Positions 11,651 through 24,405 are shown, numbered from the whole stretch's first letter. The stretch: DNA of 59,905 bases, filler included, from Sphacelaria rigidula (GCA_964200075.2; 8 parts of 8 records of this genome joined end to end with filler, not necessarily neighbours in it); one strand, 5' to 3'. The notes: generated from the letters alone by a model not told the origin. Numbers and translations are program-made.

Positions 11651-13355
11651 TACTGTTTACAGTATCGGCTTCAAAGTAGTCGAGTCGTGAGATTAGAGTA
11701 TAGAAGATACGATTGAGTCAGTATTCATTCGTCTGTGCAAAATCGTGCCCCCATTCGTTGTGTGGATGTGGAACTCGTTTCCGCTCAGAGAGTCGGGAAA
11801 AAGGCGGCTCGTTATTGACGAGACTGCATCATCCAACTCCCCGCCTTTGTCGGAAAACACGGTTCAGATATTCCAAACTCAATATTCTGATTGAAACTTT
11901 CGCCACAGTTTGTGTTGTTGTATTCCGAAACAGCAAATCATTGAGCAATATTCACGAAGCCTAAAAGTTGGCTCCGGTTCCAATATTTTGCAAAATATGC
12001 CGCCAGCAAATACCCCCAAAACTAGTTGACGAGCCCGGGACAAGAGTATCAAGGCTAATGCAACTCAGCTGATCATTGGCGTATGATATTCTGCCTCTTC
12101 ATGCCGAGAAGAGGCACAAAATGTCGTGGAAGCCAGCCTCTGTTCCATGATTTTCTCACATACGATTGTAGCAGATGATTCCAAATTACCTTGCACGAAG
12201 CCATTGAAACATGTCCCTTTCTAGGCTGCAGCAAATCGACTTTGCCAAGGGCTTTCGCCGACCGCATTGTGTATCCGAAAATGCACCCAAAGATGTGCGA
12301 ATGGACCCGTCGTGGACAGCTCATAATCCACCAACGCGGGAAACCATCACTACCCCATCAGCGAAATAGCTGCAAAACACCGGGACTACTTGCTAGTGAA
12401 AGCACAACAATTAGAACCGGTCAGCAACAAAAAACATCCTGCTGTGCGGTACAGCAACCATTAACGAACACCGGACGCTGGATCTCGGTAGACTTTGTGA
12501 CCACCGCTCCTGCTCCACCTCTTCTGTACTTGGGAGCATGGAACGTCGGGATCCAGTTTTCCCGGCATGTAGCGGTGCAACTCCACCTCTACCTCATCCA
12601 TGCTCCCCTCCTCGAACAACAGTATGTAGCCGACACAAATCGCTGGCTCTGCGCATCTTGATGTCATGCTGAACGTCGATCTTTCAAAGAGATGCGCCTT
12701 GCACGTCGTCTTCTGCGTGATACAGCGGGAATAAATGATCGGCGGCAGCGTTGAAGGGCACGGGTAATCGCAGGAGTTAACAGGGCTGGTTGCAGTTGAT
12801 GAATCGGACGCTTCAATACAGTTGAGCCAGTTTTAACAAATAAAAATTCAAACTCGCGCAACAGGACACGTGCATCTGTCCCGGGTGGGGATAGTCGGAT
12901 CGTGGAGTGGGTGGGCAGGTGCTGCTCATTCCGCGGTCAAATGTATCTATCCGCCTGGCACCGAGGATGATATCGACATGTTCAACACTACGCAGGTACT
13001 CGCGATCGAAAAGACGTGGACTACTCCTATTGAGGGGCTAAGCAGCTTCGACTCCGGCGACATCAAGCACAACATCCTCTGGGGCCTTGTCGAGCTTGAT
13101 AGCGTCTTCGTCGGTGACGTTCATCTGCTTGGTTAAGGAAGGATTAGCGACAGCGGAGGAAAAGAGGCGGTGTGCATGAGGTACGGGTACGACTGCTCAG
13201 AGCTCAGTTTCACGAAGTGCGCACTGGTATGATCGTCAGGGGTTGCGACGTATCGATGAAATAGTACATGCACTGGTGGGATGATTCTAAACGGGGGCCG
13301 AAGAACACACTTTGATGTTGACGCTTTTCAGAACTATCGCTACCCCTAACCTTAG

Positions 13356-13799
13356 AACATGGAATCTTACAAATTGGGGATGGATCATTTATTAGGGATG
13401 AGAAACCCGGAGGATTAAAATCTTCGTATCCGCACCAAATATTCGAAATATGGTTCCATTTCTTCACCTATTGATAGCTATTGACAACTGCTACACGCCA
13501 TAGAAACTTGGAATTCGATCACCGACATGTTGGGGTCCTAGGTGAAAAACAAGTTTTGTGGAATTCCGGGTGTCCCAGCGGACACCAAAATGGTTCCGAA
13601 TTTGTTTTTTCACCGAGGACCCCAAAATTTCGGTGATCGAAATCCAAATTCCTATGGCGTGTAGCAGTTGTCAAGAGCTATCAGCAGGTGAAGAAATGGA
13701 ATCATATTTCGAATATTTGGTGCGGATGCGAAGATTTTAATCCTCCGGGTTTCTCATCCCCAATAAATGATCCATCCCCAATTTTTAAGATCCCGTGTT
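13356..13799. mobile_element. Fold-back MITE (444 bp), copy 1
   Basis: ~195-bp imperfect inverted arms, ends AACATGGAATC / GATCCCGTGTT, flanked by a TTAG direct repeat (13352-13355, 13800-13803). Confidence 0.92.
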
Positions 13800-14902
13800 T
13801 TAGCACAATCCAAGGCACACCGAGAATCCTCGGGAGAGGGAAGTACATGGCTTTCTCTAGCATACGTGCGGCCTTGGAAGACCCAAAATCGGCGCCCGTG
13901 CCGCTGTTTCGAACGAATACGCGTTTCGGCACGCGAGGAGCACACGGGACTGTCGGCTCCACTGAAGATCCGATTATCGATGTTCACACTCAAATCGAGC
14001 GATATTAACCATGGACATAGTACCCCGGTCAACTTCGCTTTCATGGCATCAAGGTGACGGAGTACGCACATACCGAAGTTGGAGTTGTCACAGACCAGCA
14101 CGCGGGTAAGCCATTACGGGTGGACCGCCATAGCGTGATTTTTCCAACATTATGTCAACAGTCTTTAATTCCCACCTACCCGCGTATCTGTACAGAACGG
14201 ATCAGCGGCAGACTCGTCACAACAACAGTACAGCACTTGAGGCAATCCTCAACGCAGATCAAACCACCTTCACATACTACAGTACAGCACAACACACGAG
14301 TGTGCAGTGACACACGCATCATATCAAGAAGGCGTCAAGACGACCAGCAAGAAATTACTCCGTCTCCACGATCAAAAATGCAGTACACTAAAGGAAGAAT
14401 CGCCTCATACCTATGTATTGCGTGATGTCCTCGTGAAGCGCCATCCGCGGACACAATCGCGGAGGCCGTCTCTTGGCCGTGTAGAATGATTTGCATCTCG
14501 TGCTTGCGTCACAGGCCGGAAAACAACAAATTATATCATGGCAGGTGCGACGGTACCATGTATGTTGCTTGTTGATTCTTAGCAATGCAGGCGCCGATTT
14601 CGACAAGAACACTGCTGCTGTGACCTGCCCTGAACCATAAATTTCGTCAGAGCTTTCCCTGATCTAAACAAATGTGAGAGATCGGAGCGTGAGGGGATCT
14701 AACAACAAATTGTGCGAATTGAGGTTTAACTCCGAGATGAAGTCCAAGCCTAAAACAGTACTTTCCGCACACTTTCAGCGATGATGCGCAATGACGTTTT
14801 TGTCGACCTAATGCCCCTCGATCGCGTAGATACGTTTTCAGCGCAATTCATCGACTCTGTGAGCTTACAGCGCTGACCGGAACTGTCATTTTCCCTGATA
14901 TT

Positions 14903-15002
14903 NNNNNNNNNNNNNNNNNNNNNNNNNNNNNNNNNNNNNNNNNNNNTTAATTAATTAANNNNNNNNNNNNNNNNNNNNNNNNNNNNNNNNNNNNNNNNNN
15001 NN
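14903..15002. other. Artificial contig spacer
   Basis: Identical N44-TTAATTAATTAA-N44 linker. Confidence 0.97.
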
Positions 15003-15610
15003 TTTTGAGTTGAACCTCATATTTTTTTTCAACCCCATTTTCAAAAATCGGCTGTTATATGCTTGTGAGAGTAACGACTTGCTTGGGACGTCTGGTTGAG
15101 GATCCAACCGTACGGCATTTACTCTTTTTCTCACACGACGATACGAAATAGCCGACCGGTTTGTGAGGTCAGGTGTCCGTACACGTTGAAAGAAACGTGG
15201 TGGAGAATACACAACCTTCGGGCCTACTACGTAGTTCCGAGGCGGATCGCCCACCACATTTCTGGACCACGACAAATACACAGGACAGAGAGGACCAGCG
15301 CAGCCCACTCCTCATAGTATTTGCTCGTTCGGACTGAAACGAGACTGGCCCGAACCCAAGCTGGAGTAAAACCCACAGCCGGTCGTACCGTCACGTTACT
15401 CTGTCCAATAATCCCTGATAAAAACAAAACACCACCGACCGATTTCAGGGGCAGGTAATTGTACACAAAAAACTGGTGATAGTGACAGAAAAAAATAGCG
15501 AGTGGCGGACTCTGAGCCTGTAGGCTGTACCAACGGTCGAATATCGACATGGCGGAACGGACAGTTCCGGAAGAGCAATCTACCTTATCATGACACGTAA
15601 TAGTCCTGTA

Positions 15611-16632
15611 CTTCCTCTGTCCCATAAGTAAAGTCCGTTATGGGGGGAAAATCATATATCGCCAATGGAGTTGCCCACAATACTATGGTTAGGGTTTTTG
15701 AAAAGCTGTTGACATGGTGATGCTTGTTGAACAAAAAACAAAATCTGAATCAAAATTACTGAGAATTAGTGGATCAAAAAGTGGGCATTTTGGCGGGAAT
15801 TTGATAATTGTTTTAGATTTGTTTTTGAAAATTACATTGAGAATTTCTGCTTTTCTGGGCAATTTAACGCCCATTACCCCCACAACCACGATGGAGATCC
15901 CCCCCAAACGTAAACGGGGCGCAGATGTGTCGTTGGGCCGCCGGCATGCAATGGCGGTGGAGATAGCGATGGCCATTCCCCAAGGAAATTCGAGGATGCC
16001 CAAGGGCGTTCTAGGCCCCATGGCGGAGCTAGTCACGCAACCTGCACAGTCGCCTGACTTGAACGTCAACGATTTGAACTTCTTCGCATCTCTTGAGTCG
16101 AGGGTATGGGGGATGAATGCAAGATCGATAGACGAGTTGGTGGAGACTATCTTCAGGCTGTACGACGAGTACGACGGTGACACGTTGGAGCGGGTTTGGC
16201 AGAGCCTCTTCAAGGTTTACAACCAAACACTACGTGAGAGATGGGTGTCAACGACTTTAGTGTGGAAGATTCCGGGGTGGGGGTGCGGCAGAGAGCAGGA
16301 ACGTTAGAAAGGATGGTAAAATACGATAAGGATGCCTTCACGAAGGCCTGGGACTCCCTAGCGGCAAACCCTAGCGACGACGAGGGCGGGTAACATTTTT
16401 TTCTTCTGACACTTTTTTGCCGCTGCAAAAGGGCCTAAATATGGCCTTTTTTGGGCTGACTACTTTTTTTTCGGACGGTCGCGTGAGCCGGGGAGTGCGT
16501 AGAAAAACAAAGCAAAACGGGGTTCAACCCAAAAAGCATCAAAGATTTCAAAAACATTATCGCCTGCGATACCGGACACGGCTAAGGGTTCGTGTGAGAT
16601 CATAACGGACTTTACTTATGGGACAGAGGAAG
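15611..16632 (+). mobile_element. Non-autonomous DD39D-type (plant-mariner/Stowaway-related) element, 1,022 bp
   Basis: Perfect 32-bp TIR CTTCCTCTGTCCCATAAGTAAAGTCCGTTATG, TA on both sides, internal transposase remnant. Confidence 0.95.
15891..16393 (+). pseudogene. Internally deleted mariner transposase
   Basis: N-terminus MEIPPKRKRG.. fused in frame to QPAQSPDLNVNDLNFF...SIDELV...LERVWQSL (C-terminal catalytic region); tail GVNDFSVEDSG..LERMV continues after a frameshift to TAA at 16391-16393. Confidence 0.9.
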
Positions 16633-17573
16633 TATTAGGAGACGTTTGCAACCGATTACACTGCGACTTCGATGACATGTCTCAACACCGCTATGTACGA
16701 CGCGGCCAGTGGTGACCTGGTTGTAACTTACCACTCACCAAGTATAAATCATCGCGTCGCATCACCCTTGACCTTCATATGCACGAGGTCGGTCACACGC
16801 GGCAGGACTTGCAAAAAACAGGAGGCCAAATGTTCTAGACTTGAGGGTCAGGAACGTTGGAACACTCATGCCAAATTCCCGAGACAGACGCAAAAACCGA
16901 GACCAGAATAAATACAAATCAGGGGCACGCTGGGCAACAGCGAAAACGAAATACCCGCTACATAAAGCAGAATAACAACACGTGGCAACCGTCCTTGTAA
17001 ACGGGAGCGGTTATCGTGTGAATGAAGCAAGCAGGGTCATGAGTTTCAATCAAGAGGGTCAAAACATTTCAGGCATTCGGCTTCGGCTACTATCGCCCAT
17101 GTTAGTATAAAACTCAAGGTGGTACGCACACAAAAAGGGGGCACGTCGTTACCGGTCCTGAAGGGGGAGGCGGTATGTGTGTACGGAGCGGTTGGGCAAG
17201 AGCGCAATTATTCCAGACGGGGAGGTCAGGTATATCTAGCGCTCGCTACTAAACCTCTTGACTAAAAAGACAAAAAAAACACACACACACACACCACAAA
17301 ATAAGACAAAAGGTGCGTACAAAAAAAAATGAAGAAATAAATACCTTGTGGCAACTGTTCCAGTGGACGGAATGGTTGTGAATGTACGGCGCGGAGGACG
17401 GAGGTTCAAGGTTCCAGACTCGGGATCAGGAATGAAACGGTCGTCACTTATACTTCGTCAGGTGAACCCAGAATTAACCAAGAAAAGTACCCATTGAACA
17501 CAAAAATCGACTACAAAGCAGGAGGCGGAAAGAGAAGAGAAGAAGGGAAGAAGAAAAAAACGAAGACAAAAAC

Positions 17574-17943
17574 AAATCAAAACAAAGGACGCAAAGGCAA
17601 AGAAAACCGAAACACAAAATCAGGGTCCAAAGCAACAAAAAGCACAACACAAGAAAAAAAAATACAAAAACAAAAGACGAAATACCAAATACAAGACACA
17701 ACATCAACCACAACAAGTACGGGGCTAATTTACGAAACCAAATGAAGGGGAGTGTGTGTGGTACTCCCCTTCATTTGGTTTCGTAAATTAGCCCCGTACT
17801 TGTTGTGGTTGATGTTGTGTCTTGTATTTGGTATTTCGTCTTTTGTTTTTTGTATTTTTTTTTCTTGTGTTGTGCTTTTTGTTGCTTTGGACCCTGATTT
17901 TGTGTTTCGGTTTTCTTTGCCTTTGCGTCCTTTGTTTTGATTT
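17574..17943. repeat. Near-perfect long inverted repeat (~180-bp arms, 9-nt loop)
   Basis: 17574-17753 is the reverse complement of 17763-17943 apart from homopolymer-length differences. Confidence 0.95.
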
Positions 17944-18557
17944 TTTTTTGTCACCGAATGAAGGGGGGGGAGAACACATGGTTTTCCAACGACGCTACGG
18001 TGCAAGACAAGCGACTCGAACACGGTACACTACGCAAGGTGAATGGGGAAGCAGACTCGGATGCGGCATTATGAGTCATCTGCATCCCAAGCGGTGTCCG
18101 TGTTCCGTAGAACGGCTGTTTCGAGTTCGCCTTGGTCGTGTCATTGAAGGCACCAGGATCCCCTCCGAGCGGTCGGCTCCTCGGTGTAGTAATCATCAGC
18201 CAAGCGAATCTTAAGGGGGCTCGGGTCATCGAGGAAACGGATAAAGTAGGAGTGGTCGGACGCAGGATCGACCAAATGGATTTTACCCAACCACCACAGT
18301 GAATCCAACGCCTTATACCAAAAATGCGCCCCATTCGGCAATCGTTTTCCGTGAAAACACTGCATGTATTGTGAACGCGAAAGAAGGCTATAGGCTGTCA
18401 TAACAAACCGCGCTGAGTGTTCACGTGCCAGTTCCCGAGCGGCAGCTCCCTTGCGCATCGACCGACATCTCTTATTCAACAGGCGGTGTTGAACGGTATC
18501 TCCTACCCAGTACAGCAACTTTCCCCGACGAAAATGACGCAAATCAACTTCACGCTC

Positions 18558-19763
18558 CTATATAACACGCATGGTACCCTTCCAATGTGTTCGATACATT
18601 ACCGCTATCCTACCTCCACGACCGCGAACCAGTTGATGGCCCAGAATCCTATTCACCTCGACGCGTTCCAGGGGTGCGTCCGCATTCTCGACCGTCATAT
18701 GATACGGCGGAGTTTTGATCGCATACTTGGTCAACACATACTGGCTAAGCCCTAGCGGCAGTTGTTTGGGCATGTCGGAGGAGTCATGAGGGTGGATACA
18801 CAGTTTGCATCGTAGCATCGAGACACGATATTTCGGTTTCAAACCAGGTTCATCCGTGGGAAAATCTAAATACAAACGTTTCGCTCCCACCGGACTCTTG
18901 TCGGGTGCGGTAGCGCTTGGACCAACAGCTAAAATTTCCCAAGGACGAGTCCAATTAAGGGATAGTTTCGCCTTCAACACTTTTTCCAAAGACGATGATT
19001 TCGAGCTAGCCCCTTGACTGATGGTCTTCACATCGTTATACACCCATGCACATTGGCCTACCTTCCACACCGGGCGGTTATATACCACATCATCCAACAT
19101 CGAGTTCGCCCTGGCCACCTTGGCCAAATTGACTTGTTTCTGTTCTCGTACCACGTCATATGCAAGACGAAGGCGATTGATAACCGACAAATGATACTCT
19201 ACAACATCACGATCTGGACTCTGATGTCCGCCTGTATTTTTGCGTTCGAACACCGTTAAAGGTAACCTAGGCATGTGTTCAATATGAATTTCATTCGGCG
19301 ACAATCCGGTAGCGGCATTGACTGAATTGTTGTAGTCCATTTGGACAAGGGGCGGGTGCACGTCCCAGTCCATCGATCTCTCAATTGCTACAGCAGCAAG
19401 CATCTGTGCCATCGTATGGTTCACTCGTTCCGTTCCACCATTGGTGGAAGCGTGATATGAACTAGTAAAAATGCGATGGGCAACCAAAAGGTCACTGACG
19501 GCGGCTGAAAGTTTGCCTGAAAAATGTGGGCCGTTGTCAGCCAGTAAGCGTTTGGGCACACCCCACAGTCGGATGTACATGTAGACAAGAATGTTGGCGG
19601 TACCTTCCGCGGTATAACTGCTGGGGGGAATGGCGTGCATCACCGCATGTCGACTAAATCTACCCGTAAACAACAAAATATACTTATTTCCACTATCCGT
19701 CAGGGGCAAAGAGCCACAATAGTCCCACGCAACTACTTCACCAGACCCGTTTGGTAGTGGCAT
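18558..19763 (-). pseudogene. Gypsy integrase core plus chromodomain N-half
   Basis: 401-aa ORF with D-D-E motifs; ends at a TAG that occupies the conserved Trp of the chromodomain xWE motif, and the frame continues into the 18141-18542 ORF. Confidence 0.9.
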
Positions 19764-20493
19764 GGAAACAATCGGCCAACGAACTGTTTGACGAGACGTT
19801 TTGCGCCTGACACAAAAGACAACGCCTCACCCACCACCAACACTGATCCATACGTATCCACCAATAAAAACGTTCAACATCTGGGAGGTCCTAATGGCGC
19901 GTAAATGAGTCGATGCCTGTGAATGGCATCCGTGTAGAAACCATGGGCGCAGGAGCATCGGGACGTTAATGCGGATGGGTTCATCACCTAGCAAGCGGGC
20001 ATGTCGACTTGTAGGCTTCCCCCTGGGGAGAGCTGCTGTGGACCGGCGAACTAACAGAACTATACCATCATCATCCGTATGTAGCATACCTTTCCTTGAA
20101 AGTTCAGTAACTTCATTCTGTGTGGGCGCTTTGAGATTCCCGACCGGCAAAAGGAATTCGGTTTCTGAGATTGGACATGGGCAACCTTTAGATAGATAAT
20201 GGTTAGCTGATTTACAAGCAGGTTCTGCCTATTGTTCCCGGGCCCAATCGGCGTGGGAGAAGGGAGTCAAACATTCCTTGAATGCACCATCTATCTGTTG
20301 AAGCGTCTACTTCGTGTTGGATCGGTTCGGGGCGGGGTTGGCACGAAGCGGTGATTTCGGGATCAAGGGTGAGCCTACCAGTTGGTGTACTCTCAGACGG
20401 AACCTTCAAGTCTACTCCTGCGTCAACTAGCGTGGAGGGTGTTGTGGTGGTGTTTGCAATATCATCACCAAGGGAGGGGGGCACAGCCGTGGA

Positions 20494-21715
20494 TTAGGCT
20501 ATGGTTGGCAGGGGCGGCACGGTCGGGGTCGATTTTCGGGGGGCCTTGCGTCGAGGAGGCTGCGGGGGCGCAAGGAAACTATCGGAGACCAGGGTGGGGG
20601 CAGGGAGGGGAAGTTCAGGACCAGATACGGCTAATTTGGTGGCCGTTTCGGTGGTTTCCCGTCCACGAGTCCTACTCGAAATCAAATCTCGAACTTGAAC
20701 TGGTAAGACGGGGTCAGCAAAGGACGGTTTTACACCTGCTGCGAAAACCATGCGCTGGCCAGTTGCACGAAAATGATCATAGCCAACAGTATTCGTAGAC
20801 AGTTCATTCCAAACTGAGTACAACGATTGAGTTTGCAAGCTGCCTAGGACTGATGCGTGGGCTGTGGTCATCAGCCCACCCATGCCAAAAGCCGGCGTTT
20901 CTCTCAGCGAAAGTGGTGTGTAGAGGCCTCTATGTCCATTCCGGCTTATGAAATATACAATGTCTTCGGTGGGATCGGTGATACGTCCCATGGTGGATTT
21001 GTCAATAGGTTGAGCTGGTGTGGGCAAACGTGATAGAAAGTCGGCGTTTGCATTCTGGGGACCTGTGCGGTACTTCAGTTGAAAGTTGTCAGACGACAGG
21101 ATTTCGAACCAGCGTTGGACCCTAGCGTTGTGTTCCGCCATTTTGGCAAGGCTTTCCAAAGCCTTTTGATCGGTATACATCACAAACGGGATGTCATACA
21201 AATACTGGCGCAGACGTCGCACGCCCCAAACAACTGCGCCGGCCTCTTGTTCCATGACAAACCAATTCTGTTCATTCGGAAAAGTGGTGCGACTCAGATA
21301 GACAATGGGACGAACAGTAGCATCGACTTGCTCCTGTTCTAATGTGCAGCCAAACCCAATTTTGGAAGAATCTGTGTGGACCCGGAAAGGGCGGGAACCC
21401 TGCTCCGTGGCCGACCAGTCGAGGAAGACGAGAATCGGCGGGCGCGAAAGGGTATCAAGAAGGCGGCGGACGGTTTTTTCCATTTTCAATGTGAACACAA
21501 ATTTCACCCCCTTTTTGAGGAGGGTGACGAGGGGTTTTAGCGTTTGGGCAAGGTCTGGCAAGTATTGTCTGTAGTAACTTAGACCTCCCAACAAGAAATC
21601 CAGTTGAGAAATGTCTCGTAGCATAGGCATATCGGAGAGTGCGGCAACCTTGTCGAGGTTTGGGCTACGACCTTCGGGCATGATACAATGACTCAAGAAC
21701 TTACCTTGCTCTTGT
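20494..21715 (-). pseudogene. Gypsy RT C-terminus plus RNase H
   Basis: KFLSH..G..P..DKVAAL..MP, FLLGGLSYYRQY, RNase H motifs as above. Confidence 0.9.
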
Positions 21716-22403
21716 ATCCATACAGGTTTTCGAAACCCCGCAGTCCGTGGTCTACGAATCGAACATAAACAGCAAAACATGTTTTTCATTCATGTACTTT
21801 GATATGACAATAACGAGAATAATCACGCGCGGCTTGGTGCTGTATATACTGGACTGCGTACAACACCGTACAGGACAACAGTACGATATATTGTGCTTAC
21901 CCATGTACGGTGCAGTATACTGCAGAGTTATAGCGTGGCATATGGGCTACGTATGGCTATACCAGAGTGGATGCCCGTAACTTTGCGTACATGGGGGTGT
22001 TACATACCGTCGGCTACTGCAGTTTAGACCACCGCGCGTGTTCTTGCAGCGTGCGCACAACTGCCGTCAGTAGGAAAGAAATCACACCCTGCTCAATCGG
22101 AGCCAGCGCATCCAACGCGGAATACAGTCGGTAGTACAGCAGTATAATGATGTCGCACTCTCTCATATCTCTCGCTACTCGTCGCGTGGTCGAGTCTGCG
22201 TGACTTCCCACTGCCAGCTCGAGCATGAAAGACAATGCTCTGTGTTGCTAATTTCAAAGCTCAAAAATAGTATAGTCCCTCACCCCCCATTTATGTATTT
22301 ATGGTGTACACCAAGCATGTATAACGGGAAAAGAGCTGCCGCCCCCTGTACCAAGAGAGGCACGGAAAACCCGAGGTACAGGGAGTGGCGTGTATCATAA
22401 CAG

Positions 22404-22503
22404 NNNNNNNNNNNNNNNNNNNNNNNNNNNNNNNNNNNNNNNNNNNNTTAATTAATTAANNNNNNNNNNNNNNNNNNNNNNNNNNNNNNNNNNNNNNNNN
22501 NNN
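22404..22503. other. Artificial contig spacer
   Basis: Identical linker. Confidence 0.97.
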
Positions 22504-22596
22504 CCGCCGCACCCCAGTGCTCCGGCTCGAAAGGGATGCGTGGTCAAAGGTCACACGACTAAGGCAAGCAACAAATGAGTACGCCCCCCCCCCCCG
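22504..22596 (+). mobile_element. LINE 3' terminus, poly(C)-tail family
   Basis: ...CGACTAAGGCAAGCAACAAATGAGTACG(C)n; other copies at 23595-23760 (-), 30113-30250 (-), 52506-52575 (+). Confidence 0.8.
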
Positions 22597-23200
22597 CCGC
22601 ACTCCATCTGCGCAACAAAACCTAGACTGCAACACCCAACAACGTACACACTGACATGGAACAGCTTTGGTTATATCCCCTTGCACGGTGTCCTGTACCC
22701 TGCCTTCGTCACCGCCCAGCAAAGGATGCATTCTCCCCATTCAACGACATGAATCATCACAACGAGAAACCACCCTCCGCTCCAATATTCACGGAAAGAC
22801 TGCTGCTCTCGTTCCAGACAACAAACGTGCATAGCTTTTTTTTTTTTTACAAGACCTACTACACAAAAACGCACGGAGACGACACATCAAAGGTACAGAG
22901 TATTTTCAGTTAATATACCCCCCCAGCAGTACCAACAACAACGCGTTCCGTAACGAAAGCGGTGCCGTAAATAACGGGTATCGAGAAAAAAGAAAAAGAA
23001 AAAAAAAGTCTGCCCTGCGCCACCTACCGAGAGAATTTGGCTCTAGATCAAGCCTCCCAGGGCTGATCGTTCCAGACACGGACGAACGAAATCTTTACGA
23101 TACGACCACAAAAAAAAAAGAGAAAACCAAGTCTACATAAAACTCGATCCACCGGGGAGCAAGTGCTTTGCTCTCGCCACCTACGGCGTATACTGTAGTT

Positions 23201-23493
23201 CTACCGCAACCAGTCGGTGATAACGCTACGGCTCTCCTCGCTGCGCCCTGGTGACCCCCGATACCCATTCCCATCCTCTCCTTCGGGTACCAGAGGGCCG
23301 AGGGTCAAGCTCGATCTCGCCGAAGAGAGGGGTGATGTAGGCGAGCAGCCAGCTTCCCGCCCAACTCGCGCTTTGTTTTCGTGTGCGTGTTCGATCATCT
23401 CGGCCTCCTCATCTAGCTGGTCGCAGAACTCGTCACCGAACATCTCCCGGAGTTCCCGTTGGACCTGCCTCTCCATCCGAGCACGCGCGTCCC
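23201..23493 (-). CDS. Probable exon of an unknown protein (possibly terminal)
   Basis: GC-rich open frame DARARMERQVQRELREMFGDEFCDQLDEEAEMIEH...ITDWLR preceded by a CGCGCAG acceptor; no recognised domain. Confidence 0.45.
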
Positions 23494-23594
23494 CTGCGCG
23501 ATCCCCGGCAGGGCGTGAGGCGGAGGGATGCAACGCGTGTCATAATTCATGATGCGAAGGTGTGCATAGTGCGAAGCGCGGTGATGGCGAAGAG

Positions 23595-23760
23595 GGGGCG
23601 GGCGGGCGGGCGGGCGGATGGTGGGGGTGGGGATGCTCATTTGTTGCTTGCCTTAGTCGTTTGACCACTGACCACGTATTCCTTTCGAGACGGAGCGTCG
23701 TTCCTACTTCTATTATAACAGATACACCCCCAACATTTGGTCGCTCACTACGTTTCAAGG
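23595..23760 (-). mobile_element. LINE 3' fragment, poly(C)-tail family
   Basis: Encodes KRSERPNVGGVS.., matching the ORF end at 30137-30250; ends AAGGCAAGCAACAAATGAGCAT plus C-rich tail. Confidence 0.8.
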
Positions 23761-24019
23761 GTCGGACGAATGAATGATTCGTCTAGAAATTACTTGATTT
23801 CAGTGTAGTTGATTCGTACCGTACGAATCAATCCTTCGGCTTTGTCTTCAGCGTTGCGGCCCAGGTACGCGCCGCCCAGGCACGTGGAATGGCGCAAAAA
23901 TTGCGTGGAGACCTTTTGGACCAGCGGTCAACTTTTTTCCCTCTGTTGAGCAACCAGGTCCGAAAAATCGTAGATTTGGTTATTCGAACCGGCGATGATT
24001 CGTCCGAACCGTGCTACGT

Positions 24020-24405
24020 TTCTTTCATACATTGCGGCCCTTTTTTTTCTTTCTCGTTCTTTTTTTGTTTTCCCCATTGTTCCATTGTTTTTATTTTCCT
24101 TTATTTTATTTGCTTTGTACTTTCCTCTTGTTTTCCTTTTTCTTGCTTTAGGTCGGCCATTTCTTTCTGTGCTTTGCTTGTGTTGACTTTTTATTACTTT
24201 TTTTTGTCACGATTTAGTCTGATGTGTCGTTCTGTTCGACCACTCTCTTTTTCTCTTTTTCTGTTCCTATTTTTTTCTTTTCTTTTCTTTTTTTTTCTTG
24301 AAGCGTGTTTGAGTTTCGTTTTTCTCGGGTACGTCTATCATGAGACCTCGGCTGGACCCCGGGGGGGTCAGTTAAAGTGCGACAATCAATCAATCAAATC
24401 AATCA
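24020..24405 (+). mobile_element. Non-LTR retroelement T-rich 3' region with (CAAT)n tail
   Basis: ~300-bp T-rich tract, then GTCTATCATGAGACCTCGGCTGGACCCCGGGGGGGTCAGTTAAAGTGCGACAATCAATCAATC. Confidence 0.7.

Larger units (their letters stand above)
18141..21715 (-). mobile_element. Decayed chromovirus-like Ty3/Gypsy pol: RT end, RNase H, linker, integrase, chromodomain, extra C-terminal domain; 5' truncated
   Basis: RNase H HTDSSKIGFG..EQEAGAVVW..YTDQKAL..NANADFLSRLP; IN zinc finger CHSQASTHL..CLLCQ; IN core WDYCGSLP..LADNGPHF..NGGTERVN; chromodomain EVNRILGH..YRTHWKG..I*ERE.DL. Confidence 0.93.

Noticed and set aside
12460-13200. Coding-like minus-strand fragments (MDEVEVELHRYMPG.., QMNVTDEDAIKLDKAPEDVV..)
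   Set aside because: Interrupted by stops, no recognisable family, no consistent splice model
13210-14008. Twin ORFs starting MKKWNHISNIWCG on opposite strands
   Set aside because: By-product of the fold-back MITE symmetry
23761-24010. Possible small MITE with TCGGACGAAT / ATTCGTCCGA ends
   Set aside because: Only a 10-bp match, no TSD identified, single copy in the window
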